DNA of 64,000 nucleotides from Vicinamibacterales bacterium. Its GTDB lineage: Bacteria; Acidobacteriota; Vicinamibacteria; Vicinamibacterales; UBA8438. Positions 8,290 to 17,113 of the stretch are shown here, piece after piece. The stretch's first letter is position 1. Each line of letters begins with the position of its first letter. The translations under genes were made by a program, and so were the position numbers. The notes under the pieces were generated by a model. It saw only the letters and a list, made by a program, of their open reading frames with translations, was not told where the DNA came from and ran no database searches. The DNA is taken from the NCBI GenBank assembly GCA_965221305.1, contig OZ244881.1, forward strand, positions 854,091-918,090, read 5' to 3'.

Positions 8290-9408
8290 TCACGGGCCGA
8301 GACGGTCGAACTTCTGCACGCGCTGGCCGACGTTGACCTCGGTCGTGTAGAGGTTGCCCCGGGTGTCGACGGCGAGGTTGTGCAGCCGGTAGAACTGGCC
8401 CGCGTTCTTGCCGAGACGGCCGAATCGGTCGCGCACCTCGAGGGTCTCGCGGTCGAGGATCCAGATGACGTTGTTGGTCCCGTCCGGGATGTACAGCCAG
8501 CGCTGCTCGGGGTCTTCGGAGAGCGTGACGCCCGAGACCGATCCGCTGCCGAGGGTCGCCGGGCGCACGAACGCCTCCCTGATGAACGTGCCCTGCTTGT
8601 CGAAGATCTGGAGGCGGTTGTTCGTGCGGTCGGCCACGTAGACGAGCCCGTCGTGGGCGATGGCGACGTCGTGTACGGGGCTGCGGTAGTGGCGGATGGG
8701 CTCGGCGTCGGGGTCGTAGGGGGGCAGGGGGCTGTCATCGGGGCGCTCGCCGTAGGCGCCCCAGTGCCGGCGGTACTCGCCGGTGTCGGCGTCGAAGACG
8801 ATGACGCGGCGGTTGCCGTAGCCGTCGGCGACGTAGACCTCGTTGGCCTCGGGGTCCACCCGGATGCCGGCGGGTCGCCCCAGATTCGCGGTGTCGTTGC
8901 TGCCGCCGCTCTGGCCCGCGCGGCCGATCTGCAGCAGGAACTCGCCGTCCTTGGTGAACTTCAGGATGTGGGCGTCGCCGGCCGCGTTCCCGCCGATCCA
9001 GACGTGTTCCTGATGGTCGACGTGGATGCCGTGCTCGCTCTCGGGCCACTCGTAGCCGTCGCCGGGTCCGCCCCACGACCGCAGGACGTTGCCGTCGGGG
9101 TCGAGCTCGATGACCGGCGGCGCGGGGACGCAGCACATCCCTTCCTCCCCACGCTGCCGGGCGTCGAGGGTCCGCGGCCGGTGGAGCACCCAGACGTGGT
9201 CGTCCGCATCGACGTCGATGCCCGAGACCTGCCCGAGCATCCAGTCGTCCGGCAGCTCGCGCGCCCAGAACGGGTCGACGCGGAACTGCGGGGCGTCCTC
9301 GCCGGGCTGCGCCGGCTGGGCCGGCCCGGGGTTCGCGGCGCCGGCGGCCAATGCGAGCGCCAGGAACAGGGCTGGCCTTCCGATCCGGTGGTCCCAATTC
9401 GTCATCAT
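8290..9408 (-). CDS. Secreted NHL-repeat beta-propeller protein (peptidylglycine-amidating-lyase-like)
   Basis: ORF 8290..9618 trimmed to ATG 9408 (MMTNWDHRIGRPALFLALALAAG signal). It has repeated YVADxxNxR-type NHL motifs. Confidence 0.7.
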   Translation of the reverse strand: MMTNWDHRIGRPALFLALALAAGAANPGPAQPAQPGEDAPQFRVDPFWARELPDDWMLGQVSGIDVDADDHVWVLHRPRTLDARQRGEEGMCCVPAPPVIELDPDGNVLRSWGGPGDGYEWPESEHGIHVDHQEHVWIGGNAAGDAHILKFTKDGEFLLQIGRAGQSGGSNDTANLGRPAGIRVDPEANEVYVADGYGNRRVIVFDADTGEYRRHWGAYGERPDDSPLPPYDPDAEPIRHYRSPVHDVAIAHDGLVYVADRTNNRLQIFDKQGTFIREAFVRPATLGSGSVSGVTLSEDPEQRWLYIPDGTNNVIWILDRETLEVRDRFGRLGKNAGQFYRLHNLAVDTRGNLYTTEVNVGQRVQKFDRLGP

Positions 9409-9711
9409 ACCGCCTACGATAACATCAGGACGCTGGGCCGGAGTCCGTCGGTCGGCCGGTGAGGGCCGAGGCTCTCGTCGGACGTGAAGCCCACCTCGCG
9501 CGGCCCCGAGCGGGATGGGGGGCACGTGGGATCGATGCACCGGAGTGGGAGGAACCGGCGGGCCGAGTCCGCTGCGGCGCGCACGGTCCACGATTGCACT
9601 ACAATGCCAGACCCACACACTGCTGGCCGGACCCGGTTTCCGCCGGTGGGGTCGCCGGGACCCGGCGAGAGACCCGGAACAGCGGCCGGCGGCGCCGAGG
9701 AGGAACGCGGA

Positions 9712-10515
9712 ATGAAGTGGCTATCGACCGTCGTCGTCGTGCTGGCCCTCGTGGCGCCGGCCCAAGCCCAGCTCGCCGTGCCCAACGAGGCCGGGATCAC
9801 CTACGGGCACGTTCACCTGAACGTCAGCGACATCGAGGTCCACAAGAAGCTGTGGGTCGAATGGTTCGGCGGCGAGGTCGTCGAAAGGGGGCCGTTGACC
9901 ACCATCCGCCTGCCCAACTTCCTGATCGCGTTGACGGAGCGGGAGCCGACGGGCCCCATGCAAGGCTCGGTGCTCGATCACTTCGGGTTCAAGGTGCGCA
10001 ACACCACCGAGTTCGTGCAGCGGTGGCGCGAGGCGGGCATGGAGGTCGGGCCGGAGTTCATCGGCTCGGAGGGGATGCCCAACGCCTACGTCATGGCTCC
10101 GGACGGCGTCTGGGTCGAACTGCAGGAGGACCCGTCACTGCACGTCCCCATCGCCGGTTACCACATTCACTTCTTCACGCCGCAGTACGAAGAGCTGCTG
10201 GACTGGTACACGGAGGTCTTCGGCCTCCGCATCCGTCCGCGCGGTCGTATCGAGACGACGACCGACGTGCCCGGCATGAACATGAGCTTCGGGGCGGGCA
10301 GCGTCGACGAACCGGCCGGGACACGCGGGCGCGCCCTCGACCACATCGGCTTCGAGGTGGACGACCTGGAGGCGTTCTGCGAGCGGCTCGAGGCGATGGG
10401 TATCGAGTTCGATGTCGAGTATCGCGAGATCGACAGCGTCCAACTGAAGGTCGCCTTCCTCACCGATCCCGCGGGCACTTACATCGAGCTGACGGAAGGC
10501 TACGACGCGTACTAG
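9712..10515 (+). CDS. Secreted two-domain VOC (glyoxalase/bleomycin-resistance/dioxygenase) family protein
   Basis: ORF trimmed to ATG 9712, which follows GAGGAGGA. It has the signal peptide MKWLSTVVVVLALVAPAQA and two VOC-like halves (HVHLNV... and LDHIGFEV...). Confidence 0.75.
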   Translation: MKWLSTVVVVLALVAPAQAQLAVPNEAGITYGHVHLNVSDIEVHKKLWVEWFGGEVVERGPLTTIRLPNFLIALTEREPTGPMQGSVLDHFGFKVRNTTEFVQRWREAGMEVGPEFIGSEGMPNAYVMAPDGVWVELQEDPSLHVPIAGYHIHFFTPQYEELLDWYTEVFGLRIRPRGRIETTTDVPGMNMSFGAGSVDEPAGTRGRALDHIGFEVDDLEAFCERLEAMGIEFDVEYREIDSVQLKVAFLTDPAGTYIELTEGYDAY

Positions 10516-10746
10516 CCCGCGCTCTCATCACCCGTGGTCGCCACTCTCCCGGTTGGGCCACGGGTGACGGGTCGCAGCGCGCGCTTCGATTCTGTGTGAA
10601 GTCCGCCCCGCGGGCACTTACATCGAGCTGACGGAAGGCTACGACGCGTATTAGCCCGCGCTCTCATCACCCGTGGTCGCCACTCTCCCGGTTGGGCCAC
10701 GGGTGACGGGTCGCAGCGCGCGCTTCGATTCTGTGTGAAGTCCGCC
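10468..10746 (+). repeat. 139-bp tandem duplication (2 copies) of the last ~15 codons and stop of the VOC gene plus its downstream hairpin
   Basis: GCGGGCACTT occurs at 10471 and 10610. I count a single difference between copies (TAC to TAT), which is synonymous. Confidence 0.95.
10528..10567 (+). terminator. Stem-loop downstream of the VOC gene, duplicated at 10667-10706
   Basis: TCACCCGTGG (10528-10537) pairs with CCACGGGTGA (10558-10567). There is no U-tract, so intrinsic-terminator function is uncertain. Confidence 0.4.
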
Positions 10747-10887
10747 TAGGGCGGCCACGGCGCAGGCCTGCCCCATATTGGACGACGGGCCGGCGCCGCG
10801 GTTGCGCGATGCCGGCCCGTCTCTCCGATTCCCCTTCCCCGTCGTGCCGAGAGCTGCCGCGATCCGCGGGGCTCCGCCCTCAGCCGG

Positions 10888-11877
10888 CTACGGCCGCAGC
10901 TCGCGGCCCTGGCGCTCTAGCTCGCGCGCGCCGGCGAGGATGCCGTAGAGGCCGATGTTGCCCTCGTGGCACGCGTACTCGAAGAGCGGGCCGTCGGTGC
11001 GGCGGAACGGCATCAACACCGTGTGCGGCGCGGTGTACACGGTCGGGTCGGTGATCGTGTACTCGTAGGCCACCCGATCCGGGCTGATCCGAGTGAACTT
11101 CTCGATGAGGTGCTTGTTCGGGCTGGTGCCGCGGCTCTCGCCCCCGCGGAACTGGGTGGTTTCGACGACGAACGTCTCGCCCTCCCAGTGGCCGCGCGAC
11201 ACCCCGGAGAACTGACTGAACGGCGGCTTGGCGACGTCGTCGATGGGGATGATGCGCGCGTTGTGCACCATCTCGTTCAGGATCACGACGTGATCCGGGG
11301 TCTGGAAGATCATCACGTTGTTGTTGTACGCGCTCGACGACATCGGCGGGCCCGCGTTGAAGCCCATGATGCAGCGGTCCATCAGGCTGCGGTTCTCGTA
11401 CGAGTCGTACATGTGCTCGCGACGATAGGCCGCCCGCTCACGTCCGGCCTCGATGGCCTCCGGCGTGCGGGGCGGAAGCCTCCCGTCCGGCGGATCGATG
11501 ATCAGCGACGTCCGCTTGTCGTCGGTCAGGTCGACGCCCCGCTCGTACCAGAACTCGTTGTAGGAGAGCACGCCGCCCTGAGCGCGCGGCGCGTACCCCG
11601 CGTTGGGGGCGCCCGCGACGGGGTCGAAGAGGTCGCGGTTCTGCCGCGTGCGCTCCGAGGCTTCGAACGCGGCCGCGGTCTCCGCGTCCAGGGTGTCGCG
11701 GTCCGCGAACTGCTGGGGGCGCTGCAGCGGCGTCAGCGTCCGGAACGTGAAGATTCCGGAGATGTCCGGGTCGCCGTGCGGCCTGCGCATCGGTTCCTCC
11801 GACTGGGCCAGGGCCGGCGCGCCGAGCGCCAGGGCCAAGGCCAAGGTGAACAACCCCGCGACGCATCTCGTCTTCAT
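10888..11877 (-). CDS. Secreted conserved hypothetical protein, paralog of 26833..27846
   Basis: ORF trimmed to ATG 11877 with an AGGAGA RBS and the signal MKTRCVAGLFTLALALALGAPALA. It shares long blocks with the paralog (NNNVMIFQTPDHVVILNEMVHNARIIP, EYACHEGN). Confidence 0.7.
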   Translation of the reverse strand: MKTRCVAGLFTLALALALGAPALAQSEEPMRRPHGDPDISGIFTFRTLTPLQRPQQFADRDTLDAETAAAFEASERTRQNRDLFDPVAGAPNAGYAPRAQGGVLSYNEFWYERGVDLTDDKRTSLIIDPPDGRLPPRTPEAIEAGRERAAYRREHMYDSYENRSLMDRCIMGFNAGPPMSSSAYNNNVMIFQTPDHVVILNEMVHNARIIPIDDVAKPPFSQFSGVSRGHWEGETFVVETTQFRGGESRGTSPNKHLIEKFTRISPDRVAYEYTITDPTVYTAPHTVLMPFRRTDGPLFEYACHEGNIGLYGILAGARELERQGRELRP

Positions 11878-12119
11878 CTGTGGCTCTCCTGCGGGCGGAC
11901 TGCCGCGGTTGCCGCGTGTCGACCCGATGGCTCCGGGGCCGCGCCCGGGCGGTCCGGCGCCGGTCCATGCTGCGCTGACCGCCTCGGGCCCGCTCGGAGC
12001 CCTGGCCAGACACAGAAGTTCAACTCGACAGCATACGCACCCGGCCATACGAATGCAAGCCGGAGGCGGACGCCCAAGCGACCCTGCAGGCGTCCGCGCC
12101 GTTCCACGGCGCAAGACTC

Positions 12120-12521
12120 TCAATCGGTGTCCGCGTCGGTCTCGCCCCGCCAATAGCGCTCCTCGATCTCCTCGATCTCCTCCTCGCTCAGCCCGAAGTA
12201 GTGGCCGAACTCGTGGATGACGGTCTCGCCGATGGCCTTGACGATGTCGTCCTCGTGCTCGCAGTCCTCGAGGATGGGCTCCTGGAAGATCGTGATCCGG
12301 TCGGGCAGCATGTTGCCGTGGGTCCAGTCCCGTTCCGGAAGCGGTATGCCCTGATAGAGGCCGTACAGCGTGTCCGGCGGCTCGATCTCCATCTCTTCCA
12401 GGAGGTCCGCCGACGGACGGGGCTCGACGACCACCGCCACGTTGTCCATCTCCCGGCGAAACCGGGCGGGGATGCCGCGCACGGCGCGGGCGACGAGTCG
12501 CTCGAAGCGCTTTCGAGTCAT
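12120..12521 (-). CDS. Small zincin-like metallopeptidase family protein (DUF1025-like)
   Basis: 133-aa ORF with the motif HEFGHYFG. Confidence 0.75.
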   Translation of the reverse strand: MTRKRFERLVARAVRGIPARFRREMDNVAVVVEPRPSADLLEEMEIEPPDTLYGLYQGIPLPERDWTHGNMLPDRITIFQEPILEDCEHEDDIVKAIGETVIHEFGHYFGLSEEEIEEIEERYWRGETDADTD

Positions 12522-12639
12522 TCCGAAACCAGCGTCAGGACGGGTACGAGGGCTATACGATGCTATTCTCGTCCCCGCCAGTCAATGGGCGCGCGGGCCG
12601 CGCGAGCGCGGTGCTCGCCTGCCGATGGAGGATCTCCTG

Positions 12640-14769
12640 ATGAGTTCGAACCGGATGCCGGCCCCGGCCGGGAAACCGTCCTGCGGCGCTGGAACCCGGT
12701 CGGCGCGTCGGCGAGGAGGCTGTCCCGTGCTGACCAGCGGGCGCCTCGGCGCCGCGCCGACTGAACCGCGCCGCCAGCCCGGCGTGCGCGGCGCGCGGGG
12801 CATGCTCCTCGCCGCGGTGCTGGGCACGGCGGCGGTCCTCCCCGCGGCCGCGCAACCGGCCGGCGAATGGCGCTACTTCGGCGGCGACGAGGCGTTCACG
12901 CGCTACTCGCCCCTCGACCGGATCGACCGCGGGAACGTCGGCGACCTCGAGATCGTCTGGCGCCGGCCCGGTCTCGACCCCGCGGTGCAGGAGGCGTTTC
13001 CCGACCTTCGGGTCAACGCGTACCTGCGGTCGACGCCGGTCATGATCGGCGGCGTGCTCTACGCCCCCAACGCGGTCGGGCTGCTCGAGGCGTTCGACCC
13101 CGCCACCGGCGAGACGGTCTGGCGGCAGGCGCCGTTCGCCGCCACGCTCCAGGAGGTCGCCGGCGGCAGCACGCGCGGGGCCGCCTGGTGGACCGACGGT
13201 TCGGCTCGGCGGCTTCTGTTCGTGCGGGGCGGGTATCTGTACTCGGTAGACGCGCGGACGGGCCGGCCCGCGCCGGGGTTCGGCCTCGCGGACCAGGGCC
13301 GCGTCGATCTGCGGTGGGACCACCCCCTCGCCGGCGACTTCGACTGGTCGGCGGGGCCGATCGTGGTCGGCGACGTGGTGGTCGTGGCCGGCATCACCGG
13401 CGGGGCCGGCGACGGCGGGGTGGTCCGCGAGGCCGCCCCCGAGGATGTCCGCGGCTTCGACGCCCGCACCGGCGAGTTGTTGTGGACGTTCCACGTCGTC
13501 CCCCGGCCGGGGGAGTTCGGGGCCGAGACCTGGGGCGGCGCCGCCGCCTACTCGGGGGACCTCGGGTCCTGGTGCTGCCTCGCCGCCGACGAGGCGCTGG
13601 GCCACGTCTACGTACCCCTGTCGGCGCCCACCGGGATGGTCTACGGCGGCCACCGGCCCGGCGACAACCTCTTCTCGGACAGCCTCGTCGCCCTCGACGC
13701 CGCGACCGGCGAGCGGGTGTGGCACTTCCAGATGGTGCACCACGACGTCTGGGAGTACGACACGGTGGGGCCGCCGACCCTCGGCGACATCGTCGTCGAC
13801 GGACGGCGCGTCCGGGCGGTGATGCAGCCGAGCAAGACGGCGTTCCTCTACGTGTTCGACCGGGAGACCGGCGAGCCGGTGTGGCCGATCGAGGAGCGTC
13901 CCGTGCCGCAGTCGATCGTGCCGGGAGAGCGGACGTCGCCGACCCAGCCGTTCCCCACGAAGCCGCCTCCGTTCGACCGGCAGGGCATCACCGAGGACGA
14001 CCTGATCGACTTCACCCCCGAGCTGCGCGCGGCGGCCCTCGAGGCGGTCGAGCAACTGGTGCTGGGGCCGCTGTTCACCCCGCCGTGGCCGCGGACGGGT
14101 GCGCCGGACGGCAAGCTGGGCACGCTGACCGCCCCCGGCGGCTGGGGCGCCGGCAACTGGCACACCGGGGCCTTCGACCCCGAGACCGGGATCTACTACG
14201 CGGTGTCGCACACCATGCCGACCGTGTGGAGCGTGGCCGCCACCACGGACGAGGACGCCACCCTGGCGTGGGCCACCCCCCGGGGCGAGGAGCTGCGCGT
14301 CCCGACCCCCCGGCCCCACGGGCTGCCGATCACCAAGCCGCCCTACGGACGGATCACCGCCCTCGACCTCAACCGCGGCGAGCTCGCGTGGATGGCCCCC
14401 AACGGCGACGGGCCGCGCGACCACCCGCGCCTGCGGCATCTCGACCTGCCACCGCTGGGCACGCCCAACCGTCCCGCCCCGCTCGTCACCGGCACGCTGC
14501 TCTTCCTCGGCGAGGGAAGCGACGCCATCATCGGCACGCAGCGCGGCGACGGCGACCCGTCCGATCCCGAGCAGGACCAGTCCTGGCGCTGGGGCCGGAC
14601 GTTCCGGGCCTACGACAAGGCGACGGGTGCGGTGGTCTGGGAGACGGAATTGCCCGCCGGCACCACCGGCGGTCCGATGACGTATCTGCACGAGGGCCGA
14701 CAGTACATCGTCGTCGCAGTCGGCGCCCGAGGGGAGATCCCCGAGTGGGTGGCCCTCGCCCTGCCGTAG
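12640..14769 (+). CDS. PQQ-dependent dehydrogenase (quinoprotein beta-propeller family), secreted
   Basis: Long ORF with PQQ-propeller strings (YLRSTPVMIGGVLY, GETVWRQ, GERVWHFQMVHHDVWEYD). ATG 12640 follows GGAGGA. An alternative start is 12802. Confidence 0.8.
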   Translation: MSSNRMPAPAGKPSCGAGTRSARRRGGCPVLTSGRLGAAPTEPRRQPGVRGARGMLLAAVLGTAAVLPAAAQPAGEWRYFGGDEAFTRYSPLDRIDRGNVGDLEIVWRRPGLDPAVQEAFPDLRVNAYLRSTPVMIGGVLYAPNAVGLLEAFDPATGETVWRQAPFAATLQEVAGGSTRGAAWWTDGSARRLLFVRGGYLYSVDARTGRPAPGFGLADQGRVDLRWDHPLAGDFDWSAGPIVVGDVVVVAGITGGAGDGGVVREAAPEDVRGFDARTGELLWTFHVVPRPGEFGAETWGGAAAYSGDLGSWCCLAADEALGHVYVPLSAPTGMVYGGHRPGDNLFSDSLVALDAATGERVWHFQMVHHDVWEYDTVGPPTLGDIVVDGRRVRAVMQPSKTAFLYVFDRETGEPVWPIEERPVPQSIVPGERTSPTQPFPTKPPPFDRQGITEDDLIDFTPELRAAALEAVEQLVLGPLFTPPWPRTGAPDGKLGTLTAPGGWGAGNWHTGAFDPETGIYYAVSHTMPTVWSVAATTDEDATLAWATPRGEELRVPTPRPHGLPITKPPYGRITALDLNRGELAWMAPNGDGPRDHPRLRHLDLPPLGTPNRPAPLVTGTLLFLGEGSDAIIGTQRGDGDPSDPEQDQSWRWGRTFRAYDKATGAVVWETELPAGTTGGPMTYLHEGRQYIVVAVGARGEIPEWVALALP

Positions 14770-14892
14770 GAGCCTGGGCCGCGGAACGGCGCAGGCTCCT
14801 GCTCGCGTCCCAACCGTAACGAGCCTCACGGATGCCCCGCGTCGGCGCTCGGCGTGGGCGGCGGCCATGGCGGCGCCGCGCTCCTCGATGAA

Positions 14893-15058
14893 CCGCCGCC
14901 GGTCGTCGGTCAACCGCCGCCGGTCGTCGGTCAACCGCCGCCGGTCGTCGGTCAACCGCCGCCGGTCGTCGGTCAACCGCCGCCGGTCGTCGGTCAACTG
15001 CCGCCGGCGCCGGTCAATTGCCGTCGGCGTCGGTCAACCGCCGCCGGTCGTCGGTCAA
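14893..15058. repeat. Tandem 21-bp direct repeat array (5 perfect, 2 degenerate and 1 further perfect unit), iteron- or centromere-like
   Basis: The unit is CCGCCGCCGGTCGTCGGTCAA. Units start at 14893, 14914, 14935, 14956, 14977, 14998 (degenerate), 15019 (19 bp) and 15038. Confidence 0.9.
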
Positions 15059-15240
15059 CCGTCGCCGCACCTCCTCGAACAACGCCGGCAGGGTGGCCTG
15101 CGCATCGGCCGCCACCCGTGCGTCGGCGGCCCCCGACGCGCTCGAACGCGGCCGGATCGAGCCGTGCTCGTGGTTGAAGCCGTCGCGTAGCGGGCCAGGG
15201 CGCAGCAGCCCGGGGGTAGTGCGGGAAACGCGGTTTACCC

Positions 15241-16086
15241 GTGAGCGCCGTTTCGTATATCGTGTTAGGAGTGACACTTCACGGAGTAGACAGTCTCGTA
15301 CAGGCGGTGCGGCAGCGAATCGAGACGGAAGGGCTGAGGCCGTTCGCGTTGCGGACCGGCATTCCCCTCGGTCAGCTCCGGAGCGTCGTGCAGGGCCGGG
15401 CCTCGCGCTACACGACCCTCGAGTCCATCGCCTCCGTCCTGGGAATGAGGCTCTTCATCGGCCCCGCGCAGGGGAGCGGAAAAGCTCCGCAGTTGCCGCA
15501 GGAGATCACCCGGGCCCTCCAGCTCCCCTCGGACGCCAGTGTCGTCGATGCGGTCGGCATGATCGACAAGGACGGCATGGCGTCTCAGCTTCGCGAGGGG
15601 ATGCGCGCCGTGCAGGAGTTGACACAGCGGGCGGCGGTGGCGGCGGAGCTGCTGCCGCGGCTGGCCGGAGCGTCGTCGACGACCCGCATGATGCCGGTGG
15701 CCGAGCACGTCCGGTTGAGGGCGGATACCGGCGAAGTGGAGTTCGAGGAGTCGCCTTACTTGTCGATCGCGGTTGCCGAGAAGGTGCTGCCGCGGTGGGC
15801 GCGGACGGACCACCTGACATGCGTCCGCGCGACCGGCGATTCGATGACGCCCACCATCCATGATGGTGACCTCGTGGTCGTCGACAAGGACCGACGGACC
15901 GCGGTGGACGATCAGTTGTTCGTCATCCTGACCGGCGAGGGGCTGGTGTTCAGGCGCCTGCGTCGAATCCGCGAATGGAACCTGGTCAGCGACAAGGCGG
16001 CTCGCCTGTCGAGGCCCATGGCCGCGGGCGACGTCATCGCGGGGCGGGTGGCATGGTGCCAACCTCACGGCGGTACGGTCGCCTGA
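15241..16086 (+). CDS. LexA/CI-like protein with an N-terminal HTH and a C-terminal S24 peptidase domain
   Basis: 281-aa ORF with the S24 motif GDSMTPTIHDGDLVVVD. The start codon is uncertain. Confidence 0.7.
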   Translation: MSAVSYIVLGVTLHGVDSLVQAVRQRIETEGLRPFALRTGIPLGQLRSVVQGRASRYTTLESIASVLGMRLFIGPAQGSGKAPQLPQEITRALQLPSDASVVDAVGMIDKDGMASQLREGMRAVQELTQRAAVAAELLPRLAGASSTTRMMPVAEHVRLRADTGEVEFEESPYLSIAVAEKVLPRWARTDHLTCVRATGDSMTPTIHDGDLVVVDKDRRTAVDDQLFVILTGEGLVFRRLRRIREWNLVSDKAARLSRPMAAGDVIAGRVAWCQPHGGTVA

Positions 16087-16299
16087 CCGCGCGTGGTGAG
16101 AGTCTCGCGTTGCACCGGCCCGGAGGTCGCCAGCCCGGCGCAGGGCGGGATGCGTCGCCGCCGGAATGCGGCGGGAGCTCTGCACGGGCGGCGGAGCCGC
16201 GGGTCGGCGTCGTGGAACGGCGCGGTCGGCTGGAGGGTTGGCCGGGCCCCGAGCGGCGCCGCAGGCTGCGGGTGGCGGGCCGGGCGATGTCGCCGGGGG

Positions 16300-16578
16300 T
16301 CAGCCGACCCGTCGATTCGCGCGGCTCCGTTTCGTGGCGTCGCCGGAGCGTGCAGGCCGGGGGATACCCACTGGCCAGGCGACCGTGTCCGGCCAGTGTT
16401 CGGATAGGTACAGTACGGCCCGGTCGAGTCTCTTGGTGGTTATCGTGCCGCCACGTCGCAACCGGGCCACCGTGTCACCGCTGCCCGTGGCGTGACGGGA
16501 AACAGTGGAAACACTCAACCCGGTGTGCTGTGCGAACCGACCCATCAGCGCAATCAACCGGCCAGCCGTGTCGTCCAA
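16300..16578 (-). CDS. Small hypothetical protein, possibly DNA-binding
   Basis: 92-aa ORF (MDDTAGRLIALMGRFAQHTGLSVSTVSR...) with a non-ATG start and no good RBS. It lies in a locally AT-richer region. Support is weak. Confidence 0.35.
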   Translation of the reverse strand: MDDTAGRLIALMGRFAQHTGLSVSTVSRHATGSGDTVARLRRGGTITTKRLDRAVLYLSEHWPDTVAWPVGIPRPARSGDATKRSRANRRVG

Positions 16579-16781
16579 GACACGGGCAGTTTGTCATGTT
16601 TCTCCCTGTATTGCAAGTGTTCGTTCCGTGACGTGTCTTATGTGTCACGGCTGTGCGAGCGTCGGCCGACGCGGAACGGGCCCCGGATCGCGATAGCGCC
16701 GAACCGCCCCTCCGGTCAGGGCGCGTCACCGTGATCGGACCGCGCGCGGCGGCGGGTCTCGGCGGTCCGGTCCCCCCAGCC

Positions 16782-17113
16782 CCCGCGACCGCCGTCCCGC
16801 CATCGCGTTCATTCCCCGCTCACCGCACCTCGGCATCGACGCCCTCCTCCCTCCGAGCGGGCGATGATGGCGGCGCCGGACGAGTCGCTGACCCGCGACC
16901 GCCGTCCCGCCATCGCGTTCATTCCCCGCTCAGCGCACCTCGGCATCGACGCCCTCCTCCCTCCGAGCGGGCGATGATGGCGGCGCCGGACGAGTCGCTG
17001 ACCCGCGACCGCCGTCCCGCCATCGCGTTCATTCCCCGCTCAGCGCACCTCGGCATCGACGCCCTCCTCTCCCTCCGAGCGGGCGATGATGGCGGCGCCG
17101 CACGAGTCGCTGA
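16782..17113 (-). repeat. ~110-bp tandem repeat, 3 copies, made of the last ~24 codons and stop of the GltP-like gene plus ~38 nt downstream
   Basis: CCCGCGACC occurs at 16782, 16892 and 17002. The gene-proximal copy differs from the distal copies by a 2-nt indel and one substitution. Confidence 0.95.

Noticed and set aside
7841-8738. ORFs 7841..8056, 7894..8172, 8088..8738, 8108..8293 and 8130..8336, which overlap the 107-bp repeat
   Set aside because: Their near-identical N-termini are produced by translating the tandem repeat. They have no RBS and no family similarity.
12553-14997. An 814-aa minus-strand ORF starting with MTDDRRRLTDDRRRL... heptads, and the plus-strand ORFs 14854..15177 and 14867..15190 with PPPVVGQ and RRRSSVN heptads
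   Set aside because: The heptads are just the three or six frame readings of the 21-bp DNA repeat. The rest of the minus-strand ORF is antisense to the well-supported PQQ dehydrogenase gene. A 19-bp unit breaks every frame. I treat the array as non-coding.
14893-15058. CRISPR interpretation of the tandem arrays (this one, and those at 7847, 16782, 24065 and 39418)
   Set aside because: The repeats are directly adjacent with no unique spacers. Unit sizes are 8-139 bp and locus-specific. No cas genes are present.
16475-16729. An internal ~40-codon Cys/His-rich ORF (MTNCPCLGRHGWPVDCADGSVRTAHRVECFHCF...) starting 3 nt after GGGAGAAAC on the minus strand
   Set aside because: The RBS spacing is too short. 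It overlaps the 92-aa ORF in another frame. No family is recognisable, and a small ORF cannot be supported from sequence alone.
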